Positions 52,100 through 64,000 of a stretch of 64,000 nt of DNA are shown in pieces. The stretch covers positions 106,392,001 to 106,456,000 of the forward strand of contig OX597818.1 in NCBI GenBank assembly GCA_951406725.2, in the 5' to 3' direction. This stretch comes from Octopus vulgaris. Its lineage: Eukaryota. The notes beneath the pieces are model-generated. The model had not been told where the DNA came from and ran no database searches. It was given only the letters and a program-made list of their open reading frames with translations. The translations under genes were made by a program, and so were the position numbers. Within the stretch, counting starts at the first letter, position 1; each line of letters opens with the position of its first letter.

Positions 52100-53150
52100 A
52101 TATGATGTTATTTATTCTTGTAAACACAGATACTACTCAACTTTCACACACTTCGCTAAATCTATATAATACTATAAAAAGTTTCCATACCCAAAAAACC
52201 TTAATCTAAAACAAAGCCAGCCTTACAACCCACTACTTGATAAATACTAATCCCCACCATCCAATACATACACCTCAAATTTCTTCCAAGTCTTCAAGTC
52301 AACCACTTTCCCACTTGCCTCTTAGCTGCCTCACCCTCCCCAACCTCAAACAGTACTTAACAACCCCCCCCACTCCTTTGAAAACTAACCAACCTACCTT
52401 TACCCCCTCCCTACCTACACATCTCTATTCAGTTTCATATTCTTCCTTTTAACACCCCCCACTCCAATACCAACACAATTCCTTTGTTCCACTAACAACT
52501 ACTTTTGGCCACCACCCTCTCACCTCCACCAGTCAACTCATTTCCCCCAATTAATAACAAGCTCTTTTCTCTATCTCAACCTTTCACTCTGTAGCCTTCA
52601 TACAAACTATCACAGAGATCATTATTCACACACTACCTAAACCACTTTTCTCCCTTCCTCCCACCTTCTATCTCTACTATTATCACTAGTCTCATTATTA
52701 ACCCTTGCCCTGAAATCTATTTTCTCCTCCCAACACTCTCTATCTAAACACCCCCAACTCCCCTTCCTAGCACAATTCTCCACAAAATCATTCCATCTTT
52801 AAACTCTGTCCTCTCAACACCTCAAATGTAAAACTCTCCCCTGAAGAAGAAGGTGATGTCATCCAATAATGGATCTAAGTAATTATCATTATTCCAGACC
52901 ACCAAGCCCCCACAAACAGCTGTTGGACTCGTGAAACTCTATCCATTTAACACCTGATATCATTTATATTCTCTAAGTCAGACTATTTTGATACCCATAC
53001 ACGTTTTTTAAATATTAAATGGATTTAATATTCTGTGTAAATTGACTTTGCCTAACTTGTTCGTCATTGCATTTACTCCTCTACCTGTTCAAGACCAATC
53101 TCTTGAGCACCTTGAAATGCATTCTATATAGAGAACACCTGTCTCTAACC
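52100..53150 (+). repeat. C-rich, strand-skewed old repeat with hammerhead-like motif, possibly Penelope-derived
   Basis: G-poor tract followed by CC-CTGAAGA...CAAACAGCTGTT-GG at 52839-52926. Confidence 0.35.
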
Positions 53151-53493
53151 TATAAATTATATATATACAATCCAGTCATCATTTTGTCTATCTTTAACCC
53201 ATGACCCTGATGTTAGAAGGGAACTGTTATTGGGTGTATAAGTTGAAACAATTTGTTGGTCTTTTATGGGTTTTTTAAAAATAAATGCTTATGTTACATA
53301 ATATTACATTATATTATATTCATAATATATCATATAATATTATAATATAAATAAATTATTGGATTGTCAATAATATCTCTCTAATTTATCTTTGTAACTG
53401 CATTATACCAATATTTATGTGGTCTTCAACTGACATACCAGTGAATTGGATGTTTTACACACCCCTTTGAAGGATTTCTTTTCCTCAGTTTGT

Positions 53494-53536
<43 letters not shown>

Positions 53537-54384
53537 TAGATAGATAGATACACACACACACACGTCCACTTTTCCATCAGACTGATTTTGTATGGCTGGA
53601 TGCCTTTCCTTTCACTAAGTCACACCTGTTTCCAAGTAAGGTAATATTTCACTATTTCTAGATATGTTTCATGGAAGACTGGAAACAAAGGACAACACTT
53701 GTTTGTAACTAATGCATAATGTCAAGACAAGGAGATAATAAAACATACACAGACACACACACACACACAAGCTACCACACACATATACATAATACATATA
53801 TATATGTATGTACATACGTATGTGAATGTGTGTAGAGCTATAATGGCTAAATGACATGCATTGAAGTATTAGAAGTAAGGGTGTAACTAGGGATTATATA
53901 ATTAGGGGGAGAATCTAGGTAAGAAGCATACACAGCTCAAGGTGGGGTAGAAAGCCAAAGGTCTGCCAGTGATCAGCAATGAATGGATGAGAGGTGTGAG
54001 GTGGTTTGGATTGTTGGGTTGTATAGCAGAGTAAACCAAGTCATAGTTGAGGAATAGCATCTTTAAAATGACAGCAGCATAACTTCATTGACAGTGAGAA
54101 GAATGAGGTTCGAAACGTCATTGTGAGAGGCTGCTGAATGTGGAAAATGTGTGGGAAGAAGAGGAACGATACGACACACATTTGAAAATATCTGGTAAAA
54201 TAAGGCTTTTGTTACGAGAGAAATATGGCTGTTTTTGATAAGCAGAAAATGGGTGTTAGGTAGAAACTCCTTGTGGTATACACAATGTTTAGTATGGGTG
54301 CACAAGAAGTGTACAGAGAACACTGTCAGGGTGCTAGTGAGTAAAAGACTTTGTAGGTGGCAGATATACAGGAGTATTTAGATA

Positions 54385-54900
54385 TATCATCATCATCATC
54401 ATCCTCGTCATCATCCTCATCATCATTTAACGTTTGTTGTCTATCCTGGCATGGGTTAGATGGTTTGACCAGAGCTGGCAAGCTTGGGAGCTACATCAGA
54501 TGCCAGTCTGGTTTTTATGGTTGGATGCCCTTCCTAACACCAACTACTTTACAGAGTGTGCTGGGTGGTTTTATGTGGCACCGCATAGGCTCTTTTACAC
54601 GATGCCACATGGGTGCTTTTATGTGGCACTGCCACAAATGCTTTCCATACCAGAGGACCAGTTTTAACACTTCTGCTGCAGTGGAGTTCAGGTCTTCTTG
54701 AGTACAGCAAAGTGTCAGGCATCTCAGTCCTTTGTCATTTCACCTGAAAGGTTCAGTGTCCAGAGGTTGTTCTTCAGCACTTTGTCCCATGTCTTCCTGG
54801 GTCGCCCATTTTCACACGTTTCATCTACTTTGAGTGACCAGAACTTCTTTATGGAGCTGTCGGCATCCATCTACATCACAAGACCAAACAGTCTTCTCTC
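54385..54900 (-). mobile_element. RTE LINE 3' fragment and tail
   Basis: (TCA)n start, shared tail, minus-strand KKFWSLKVDETCENGRPRKTWDKVLKNNL. Confidence 0.85.
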
Positions 54901-57249
54901 TGCAACTGACAGTGTTTGTCAAATAACTTTTTTTCAGTGCTTACAAGGTTCCATAAAATTTGTTCCTAGTTTCTGTTGCCAAGGTAATCTAAGGATGTTC
55001 TGTAAGTGTAGTAGCCAGATTAAGGATGCTTCTCTTAATTACAATGAAAATTAATTAAAACATAAGTAGTGTGTTAATTAGAAATATAATCATGAAAGAG
55101 TTGGGATGCTGAGAGATAAACATTTCTGTAATTGGTGCAATTTACTGCAATGAAATTCCCAGATGATTTGGCATCTGTTCCTGAGAGCTGGTCTAAGTTC
55201 AATGTCGTATTCACATGGACATTTTTTCCTTTTTTAATTTTTGGGTATATATTAGAGTTATTACTTTTACAGAAATACATAAACACCCACAAACACAGCT
55301 ATACACTCTAGCAGAGAACTTGTAATAACACAAGAGACCTAAATGTCTAATTTATATATTTCTCAAAACAAAAAGCAAATAAATTGATAATTAGCATCAG
55401 CTGCAATAATCACAGTTTATTTGGTTTAATTTTAAATTTAAAATAATTACTTGGTATTTAGTAAAATTTTTCAATGATTTGTTTTTCTTTTACAGTTCTT
55501 CTCTTTTAACAATTTATTCTAAAGTTTTCATGCCTGCCTATCTCCCTCCCCACATAACTACCTACACTTGTAAATATAAGAAGCCAAACCTTGAAATCAC
55601 ACTTTCCCCCCTAAAAATGAAGCTTTTTACTGGTCTGTTTGTTTAGAACTACATGGGGTGAGGCAGACTATGTGGTTGTTTAACCTGCTCCAAATAACAG
55701 TGAATATCCCCTCAAATCCCTCTACAGTCTTAAATGAAAGACACCTTACACATTATGGTCCTTTCTACCTGCAACAAAGACAGAATGGTCATAGCTGTAA
55801 TACTTTAAGGCTGTTTAATCAAGGCTGACCTGAGCAGCAGGAATTTGATGACTCTGGCTAGATTTCTATAATTGACTACTATGAGGGAGAGAGGAGAAAA
55901 CAAAGAAGCAACATGAAATAATTAAAAAAAGCAAATATATATATTTTTATTTCCCTTGCTCTTGTCTTTCAACATTTTCGTTGATTTACATCAGTAATAA
56001 GTATAAAATTAATAATTCGATGCCAGTAAGAAGTCAGCAGTTCACAAGGAAGATAAGTTTAATTTCGCTGATGACAGTTGTAAAAATTGGATATGGATTA
56101 AAAAAGAAAAAAAAAGAAACCCTTCGACAGAAAGAAAGAAAGGAATTGAATTGTGGTTGCAGCAGGGTGGGGGGGGGGGGAAGGAAAATTGAATTAGAAA
56201 AGGAAGGATTTGCATCATTGCCACTTGATAGGCACTTAGTGAGGGTGTGCATATGAGAGAGAGAGTGTGTGTGTGTGTGTCTGTGTGTACGTGTCAAAAT
56301 AAAAATATATACTTTCTTGTCAGCCTTTGTAGTAAATATCCTTGTATTAAGTCAATGAAGGAAAGTAAAAAATTTCTGTTGTGTTCTTGTCAAGACAGTG
56401 TGTGTGTGTGTGTGTGTGTGTCTACATGGCATAACATTGCTGCTAGATGTCCGTGTAACTGTCACTCTTCAGAAATGTCTGTTTGAATGCATATTATTCA
56501 TGAATCTGAGTCCCTGTAAATGTCCATACATCAATGTCTACACAACCATGCTTGTGTACGAGTACATTTACATAGGCATGTATAAATAATTGTGTTGTGT
56601 ATGAATATGTATCGGCAATTGGACTTGTGCACAGGTGAATGCAGATGCGTAGATGAATGCGTAGATTTGTTGTTTCTATACATGTGTGAATATGCAAGGG
56701 ACTTTGACAGTGTGTGAATAGGAAGAATCTATGGTGTGTTTAGATAATTATTGTTAGTGAAATTTAGTGAGTATATATACCCGATAGATATCCACATGAA
56801 TCATAAACACATTTATTAAGGAGTATATTTAATGTTATTGATTTTTTATCTGGTGGTGTCAAGGAACATCATAAACAAGCCACCATGTTTATTCATACAG
56901 CTGCATAAACAAGCAACTGCAGACGTGATGCATGTGAGAATGATGTATGCATAACACACATTGACAAACTTGCAGTTTACGTATACACGCTCTAAACATT
57001 GACTGACAACTATGATGCTTGCTCATTTTCTTGGCTGGACTTCAAAAGCAAGTTATTCTGGATGCTGAACGTCGTTGTTGCTAAACCTCAGTTTGGCCCT
57101 GACTAAGCAAACTTAAAATCAAAAGCATGCCAACCATGACCATCATGTAGAAAGTAGCATATCTGTTCTTCGACTGAGGATGCAGTGTGAATGCTTGCAT
57201 TCATATGAACCCTGCAATAAGCACTCAACAGCCAGATAGTTGCATTAAA

Positions 57250-58440
57250 CAAGATGACAAATGATATGTCATCCAAGTACGTGCATAGTTTCCATCAACC
57301 ACATTTTACTCATCAGCTCAGAGCGATCTGAATCTATCATAAAGGTTAATTTGTTGCCCAAGATGTTGTAGGATATGAAACAAGCTTGAAATAATAAGAC
57401 AATCTTTCTTAGCCACACAACCATGAATAACTGAGAATGTAAGAAAATGTAAAACAAACAATTCATGCTTGTTGCTTGAAAATATACGAAGGATTCAGAG
57501 TAAAAAATAATCAAGAGTAAAACCTGATATGATGAGACTACACCTGAAGAGTTTTCAGAGCACAGAATTGACACTTGCAAAGATGCTGTTATGTTATAAT
57601 TTGCAAATAAAAGATTAGAAAATAAATATTGAACAAAGTCAAAACAGAAGTCGTAATAAGAACTCAGGTGCAAAAATATCTCTATAAAAGGTAGCACATT
57701 GGATTTACTACTTAAAATAATAATGGAATACCAGGTGTTAACAATATATGTGTTGGTTACATGTTTTTTTAAAGACTATTTGTTAATTCAACTTACATTT
57801 TGATCACCCAGAATAATTTTCTGGAATTTATAGAAACAAAGATTATGGAACATGTGTTGGGGGCTCAGATTTTACAAGCTCATCTTTTATTTCCCAGTTG
57901 TTGCAGAAGTATTGTAATATATTATAATGTAGCTATAATTAAAACTTTTAATTCTGAACTGCTACTGGGACTGTCCAACTGCAACCACTTTTTCAATAAT
58001 TTAAGCTTTATGTAGCTAAGAATTTCTTCAAAAGTAATTCTTGCTATTTATATTCTTTCAGTACTTCTACATCTGTTTAAGTGCCAAACTATAACAAAAG
58101 CATATTTTCTTTACTTTTAATGGTTTATAACTTGATTATAATTTCTTGGAAGCTAGAGTTCTTCATTTCCAAACCCAGTAATATCTGCTCGTTCAAGACA
58201 AAAAAATACAATAGAAACAATAACAAGTTTATTGGTTTGATAACAATTTACCAAAGTTGTTGGAGTACATCAATAAACACAATTATTCTGAATCACCCTA
58301 CCATACTACGCTTGCTTTCATTTACTTTGTCGTACTCTTATCTAAAACAACTTTACTAAAATATAAAATATGAAAAATTGGAGTTGTCTGACAACTGTCT
58401 CCTTCAATCTGGAATAACAAAGATTGGCAGGTCAGCTTAC
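57250..58440 (-). mobile_element. ancient CR1/L2-group LINE remnant
   Basis: Minus-strand remnants TPIF, IVFIDV, LPFIEIF and LTFMIDSD in RT motif order. Confidence 0.4.
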
Positions 58441-58469
58441 TAGATGAATAGTAATGATTAGTAATAGTA

Positions 58470-59908
58470 ATGTCATTGGTGACAGGGGTTGTACCTGCGG
58501 ACTGGAGAACAGCGATAATCTGCCCGATTTTCAAGAAAGGGAGCTGCGAAGACCCGCTTAACTACCGACCGGTTTCCCTTACTTCAATAATCAGCAAGAT
58601 GTTTGAAACCATCCTCAAGAAAAGAATGCTCCACCTCCAAAACACAGCCTCTATCTCTGATTCCCAACATGGCTTTGTGTCAAAGAGATCATGCTTGACC
58701 AACTTACTGGTAATGGAAGAATTGGTGACACGTATCCTGGATGATGGTGATGCTGTTGACATCGTTTTATTGGACTTTGCCAAAGCTTTTGACTAGGTTA
58801 ACCACCGCCTATTACTTGTCAAGCTTCAAGCATATCGTTTCCATCCGGATATTGTACGATTGGTTGGTGCCTTCCTCTCAGATCGCTCCTTCCAAGTCCA
58901 AGTTAATGGTTCGCTGTCCGACGTCTCCAGTGCGAGCAGTGGTGTGCCTCAAGGTTCAATGCTTGGGCTATTATTGTTTTTAGTCATCATCAATGACTTG
59001 CCCGACAACCTCACGCAACACACCTTTCTATTTGCCAACGATGTCAAACTGGTCGCTTCTCGCAGTGATACAGAGGATCTTCGTCGATGCCTCCACCAAG
59101 TTTGGAGATGGTCAAATGAATGGGACCTGTGTCTGAACATGTCAAAGTGCTGTCATCTGCCTGTTGGCTCCTCTCCTGCAACTCAGCATGATTTCGAGCC
59201 GTGTCGTCTGCTGCTGGATAAGACCGACCAAGTAAAGGACCTGGGTATCTTGGTGAATTCTTTCTTTTCGCCTTCGGCCCAATGCGTCCATGCTGCCAAC
59301 AAAGCACGCAGAGTTCTGTTTTTGATTCAACGGTCATTGGGAATGCTCTCAGCAGCCATATTCCTACTGCTCTATGTCACGCTGGTGAGACCCATATTGG
59401 AGTATGGGATTCAAGCCTCTTCTCCTTATCTCCTCAAAGACATACATCATCTCGAAAGAGTCCAGAAGCTGTCTACTTGCATGGTTCTTGGTCTCAAGCA
59501 TTTGTCTTATGAAGAAAGGCTGAAGACGCTCAACCTTTAGTCTCTCGAAAAACGCCACTGGCATGGTGATCTCATTATCGCTCACAACATCGTAAGCAGA
59601 AAGTGTAACCTCTCAAAATAGCTCTTCTACACTCCTGCTCTAGAGCGTGGGCTGTGGTGTCACTCCGAAAAGCTCTATCTATGACGATTTCATCTCAATC
59701 AAGGAGAGGGGCTTTCTCCGTCTGGGTTGCAGATCCGTGGAATAAGCTGCCGGATGAGATAGGGAAGATGCCGACGACCGCTCGGTTCAAAGTCTCTCTT
59801 GACCAGAAATGGCCTGAACTCTTTGTATGAACACCCTTCCTGTCCCCCTACATGGCCTTGCTTTTGCTTTTTGAGCCAATAAAAATTGAATTGAATTGAA
59901 AAAAAAAA
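58470..59908 (+). mobile_element. CR1-clade LINE, 5'-truncated, relatively well preserved
   Basis: VPADWRTAIICPIFKKG..NYRPVSLTS, QHGF..SCLTNLL, LDFAKAFD*V, SGVPQGS, LFANDVKL, KDLGI, LVRPILEY, LSYEERL; tail AATTGAATTGAATTGA plus poly(A). Confidence 0.95.
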
Positions 59909-59949
59909 TATACTACAGTTACAATAATCTAGGACAGTTATAACAGCCT

Positions 59950-60390
59950 CTTCTTAAAAGAATCTCAAAACTTCTGCAATGCAATAGTGGAGGGTAACCA
60001 GGAAGACGTGGGACAAAGTAGTGAGAAAGGATCTTTGGACACTGGACCTCACTGAGGAAATAACAAGAGACCAGGAAATGTGTTGATTTCCTGTACTCGA
60101 TAAGATGCATAAAGCTAAGTAAAATTGTTGTGTTCCACACATACAGGCCTGTCTTTTCAGGTGCCGGTGCCACACCCTTGCTGGTGCTGTGTAAATGTAC
60201 CCATGCTGGTGGCGTGTAAGAAGCAATAAGCACACTCTGTTAAGTGGTTGGCATTAGGAAGGGCAAACAGCTATAGAAACCATGTCAGAACAGACAATTG
60301 GAGTCTGGGCAGCTACCAGGTGGCTAATTCCATATCACACCACCCAAAACCATTCTAGCATCGAAGACGAGCATTAAACAATGATGATAT
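59950..60390 (+). mobile_element. RTE LINE 3' end
   Basis: RKTWDKVVRKDLWTLDLTEE, then GCCGGTGCCAC units and the shared tail. Confidence 0.8.
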
Positions 60391-60616
60391 AAGAAATGAA
60401 ATAGATATAGGAAATTTTAAAAAGGATTAACCCTAACCCTAAATTAAATAAAGGAATTAAAAGCTATGCTATGAACTTTATTAGCTTACAGCTTTTTCTG
60501 CTATAAAATGCAATGCACTCCTATTTGAATGCTAGTGTGTCACCTTACAGCTTCATCAGAGGTGTAATTATATTTGGGAAAGAATTTACATTATACATAT
60601 GTATATATATATATAT

Positions 60617-60959
60617 AGTGCCGCCTATACTGACTTCTGTGCCGGTGGCACGTAAAAAGCACCATCCAAATGTGGCCAATGCCAGCGCCGCCTTGACTGG
60701 CTTCTGTGCTGGTGGCACGTAAAAAGCACCAACCGATTGTGGCCGCTGCCAGCCTCCCCTGGCACCTGTGCCGGTGGCACGTAAAAAGCACCCACTACAC
60801 TCTCGGAGTGGTTGGTGTTAGGAAGGGCATCCAGCAGTAGAAACACAGCCAGATCACACTGGAGCCTGGTGCAGCCTCCTGGCTTCCCAGACCCCAGTCG
60901 AACTGTCCAACCTGTGCTAGCACGGAAAACAGACGTTAAATGATGATGATGATGATGAT
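60617..60959 (+). mobile_element. young RTE-type 3' UTR/tail with three GTGCCGGTGGCACGTAAAAAGCACC units
   Basis: Units at 60640, 60707 and 60769; CpGs retained; (GAT)n tail. Confidence 0.9.
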
Positions 60960-60961
60960 AT

Positions 60962-62460
60962 ATATTCCAAAAAGAGTGAACAAAGAAACCATATTAGTCA
61001 GCTTTGATGTAGTCAGCCTCTACACCAATATCCCCCATAACTTAGGATGAGAAGCATTAGAGTTCTGGATACACAAACACACACAAAGAATCTAAGAAAG
61101 ATTCTCCAAGGAGTTCATACTGAAGGGCTACAGCTAGTACAAGAAAATAAATACTTATTTTTTGACAACCAATACTACCCACAAATACATGGGACTGCAA
61201 TGGGTACCAGGGTAGCACCTACACTTGCCACACTAGTAATGGGTTATTTGGAAGAAAAAATCTGTTGCTTATCTCAGATTTCTTTTGGCCAAAGCTTCTA
61301 CTCATAACTAGTGGAAAACTGGGAGAGATATTTGGATAACTGCTTTATATTCTGGAACAGAAGTAAGGCAGACCTTAAAAAAATTTTCGAAATAATAAAC
61401 AGCATCCATGAATCAATCCAATTCACTATGGAAATGAATGAAAAGGAACTCCCCTTCCTAGATATCTTAATAATCAAAGAGAATGAGATTATAATAACTG
61501 ACCTCTATTACAAAAGTACAGACACAGACCAATATTTAGACTTTAGATCTTGCCATCCTTCCCATACAAAAAGGAACAGATCCTTCAATATGGCAATGCA
61601 AATATGTTCAGTAGTTTCAGAGATAAATAGAAGAGAAAGACAACTTGCAGAGCCTAACTTGCTCCTTAAAAGACAAAAATATCCCACGAAACAAATAGAC
61701 CAAGTGATAACTGAAGCTAAAAATATCCCAATCTCTACACTAAGAAGAAAAAACACTCACACTAAAGATAAACAGGAAAATGAACATAAAAATATCCCAT
61801 TTGTTATCACTCACAATCCCAAGAACCACAATATTCTATAAACAGCCAAACACCTTCTACCAATTCTACACTAGTCTCCATGTCCCTAACAAATAATCAA
61901 GGAACAGCAAATAATCAACAGCCGAAGGCAGCCACCAAACCTGAAGAAGCCTCTAACGAAAGCAAGATTTGCATCAGAGGAATAAATAATGCAATTTACC
62001 AAATGTGAAGACATCCGATGTGGGACATGTGATTTAATAGAACAGGGACCAGCCTATAAATTCAAGAATGGAAAAGAATTAAAGGTGAATGCAAATATGA
62101 ACTGTAAAATCAAAAACCTGATATATTGTATCACATGCTCACGATACAATGAACATTATATTGGGGAAACAAAAAGGAAATTAACCAACCGTGTAAATGC
62201 ACACAGACATCAAATAAAACATCCTGCACTTAGAACATACCATGTAGCGAGCATTTGGACATCTGTGCACAAGGAAAATTTACAATTTTCCCTCTTCATA
62301 AAATAAATGGAAAAAAACAACCTTCTATGGAAAGGCAAAAGAAGAATATTTTATAAGATTTCTGAGTCCAAAACTAAACCAGAAATAGTCAACAACAATT
62401 TTACTGAAGACAACTTTCACTATATGTAATAACATGTGCTTGAAAATGTTAAGAACTGAA
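60962..62460 (+). mobile_element. Penelope-like element (Neptune-like): RT, Cys-rich linker, GIY-YIG endonuclease; decayed
   Basis: LVSFDVVSLYTNIPH, GTAMGTRVAP, WERYLDNCF, FTME..LPFLDIL, YYKSTDTDQYL..SCHPSHTK, KCEDIRCGTC, NLIYCITC..HYIGETKRKL..R..AH. Confidence 0.93.
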
Positions 62461-63020
62461 AGTGCTTGCACATCCATAAAAGCAAAAACTCCCACACATT
62501 TTGTGAAATCTCTTCCCAAAGGTTAGTGTCTGTCAACTTTCTAAAAAGGTTCTTTTCTTATTCTTAACTCTTTGAGAAAGAAATCTTCTCCCCAAATATA
62601 TATATACCCACACACACAGAAAATATTACCATTGAGTAAGAATAAACATATATAGGAAACGGAGTAAGGAGTTGAGGGCTAGGACCCCCTTTCAGGAAAA
62701 GTAAATGTCTTTCATATGCTTATGCTTTTCTTGACAGTAATGCTTTTTGTGTATATATGTAAATGTAAATGTTTTCTCAATTAAAATTGCACTTCATATT
62801 TGAAGTTTCTGATGAAAATTTAGTGCGATACACAAACACTCAAACATTCAAATGCATTTTATTGTATAACAAAAAATAGCAGCTATAAGCTAATGAAGTT
62901 CATGACAATTTCTTATTCTCTTCTCATTTATTCAATTTCTTATTACTGTTCTAAACTTGACTGACACTTTGTTCTGAAGTATGTTGAGTTCTAACATCAG
63001 GAAATTAGTCTTGTTATTTG

Positions 63021-63224
<204 letters not shown>

Positions 63225-63451
63225 AATAATAAAAGAGTGTAACTCTTTCCACAAAATAAGAGAAGGGCTCAATATATTGAGCAAATATCAAAGTTCAAGA
63301 AGGGAGAGAAGACAAATTAGTTTATCATCCTCTTAGTCTGGGTTATACTTATTCAAATTGGGAATACAATCGAATCTATACATATATATATTTTTTATCA
63401 TAATCCCAATATTGGGCAATCACAATACATACGCAGAAAATTGCATCAGCT

Positions 63452-64000
63452 ATATGCACACACTTACAACCTAGTTCCATTCCAACTGACAGGTCGTAAG
63501 TCGATCCGGTCGTATGTCAGATTTATATTTTTTAACACTATTTTCATTCAAATGGGTTACAAAAATAGAAAAACACAAAACTTTAATCTATAATTCTTGT
63601 ACATAATGTGAAAAATACATAATATGGACTCTATGGTATTGTAAACAAAAACCAATTTAAAATTAATGTTTTGTCCATAATCACAAAACTCTTGGAAGGG
63701 ATATCTCTTGCCAGACAATATTCCCAAGCCTGGGGAATGAAGCAGTTTAGGAAACAGTCTTCGAACAGTGCTTGAGTTATTCAAGCTTTATGGTTTGAAC
63801 AGTAGTAAACAGGCAGTGTATGTTCATTGATGCTCTTAAATACATGAGGGGTTTCTGAATGATGGATTAGAAAAGGCTTCAGCTTGAAACGCACAGCATT
63901 ACCACCAAGCAACAAAGTTAACCTTTCCTTAAAAGCTTTGAATCCTGGCATCCTCTTTTTCCCTTCTTGGTGGATGTACAGTCTAAATCAAGAGCCTTTC
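63452..64000 (-). mobile_element. Tigger (pogo-family) transposon, internally deleted, runs off window end
   Basis: Minus strand MPGFKAFKERLTLLLGGNA..FKLKPFLIHHSETP..TLPVYY..KA*IT.ALFEDCFLNCFIP; terminal motif ACTTACAACC..GGTCGTAAGTCGATCCGGTCGTATGTC at 63463-63519. Confidence 0.85.

Overview
AT-rich eukaryotic genomic DNA with dense microsatellites ((TA)n, (CA)n, (GA)n, (AAT)n, (GAT)n) and many decayed transposons. The repeat families and composition look like an octopod cephalopod genome (inference, no database check). No intact host gene, rRNA, true tRNA or CRISPR array is present. Recognisable relics include many RTE LINE copies sharing a (GAT)n-tailed 3' end, an RTE (Expander/Rex3-like) copy with an inverted 5' half, two CR1-group LINEs, R4/Dong-like elements in (AAT)n, and a Neptune-like Penelope element. 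Also present are a Mag-like Ty3/Gypsy 5' half with its LTR, mariner, maT-like, rosa-like, pogo and Tigger fragments, tRNA-derived SINEs and a MITE. The most interesting non-TE signals are on the minus strand and suggest the window lies in a long intron: a textbook AG|GTAAGT recursive-splice-site candidate at ~41,865, and two phase-compatible micro-exon candidates at 29.3 and 29.8 kb, one with its 3' splice site enclosed by a strand-specific ~17-bp RNA stem. Three degenerate hammerhead-ribozyme-like motifs and a twice-seen tail-to-tail Helitron-end-like junction were also noticed. All family calls come from manual translation and remembered motifs; boundaries are approximate.
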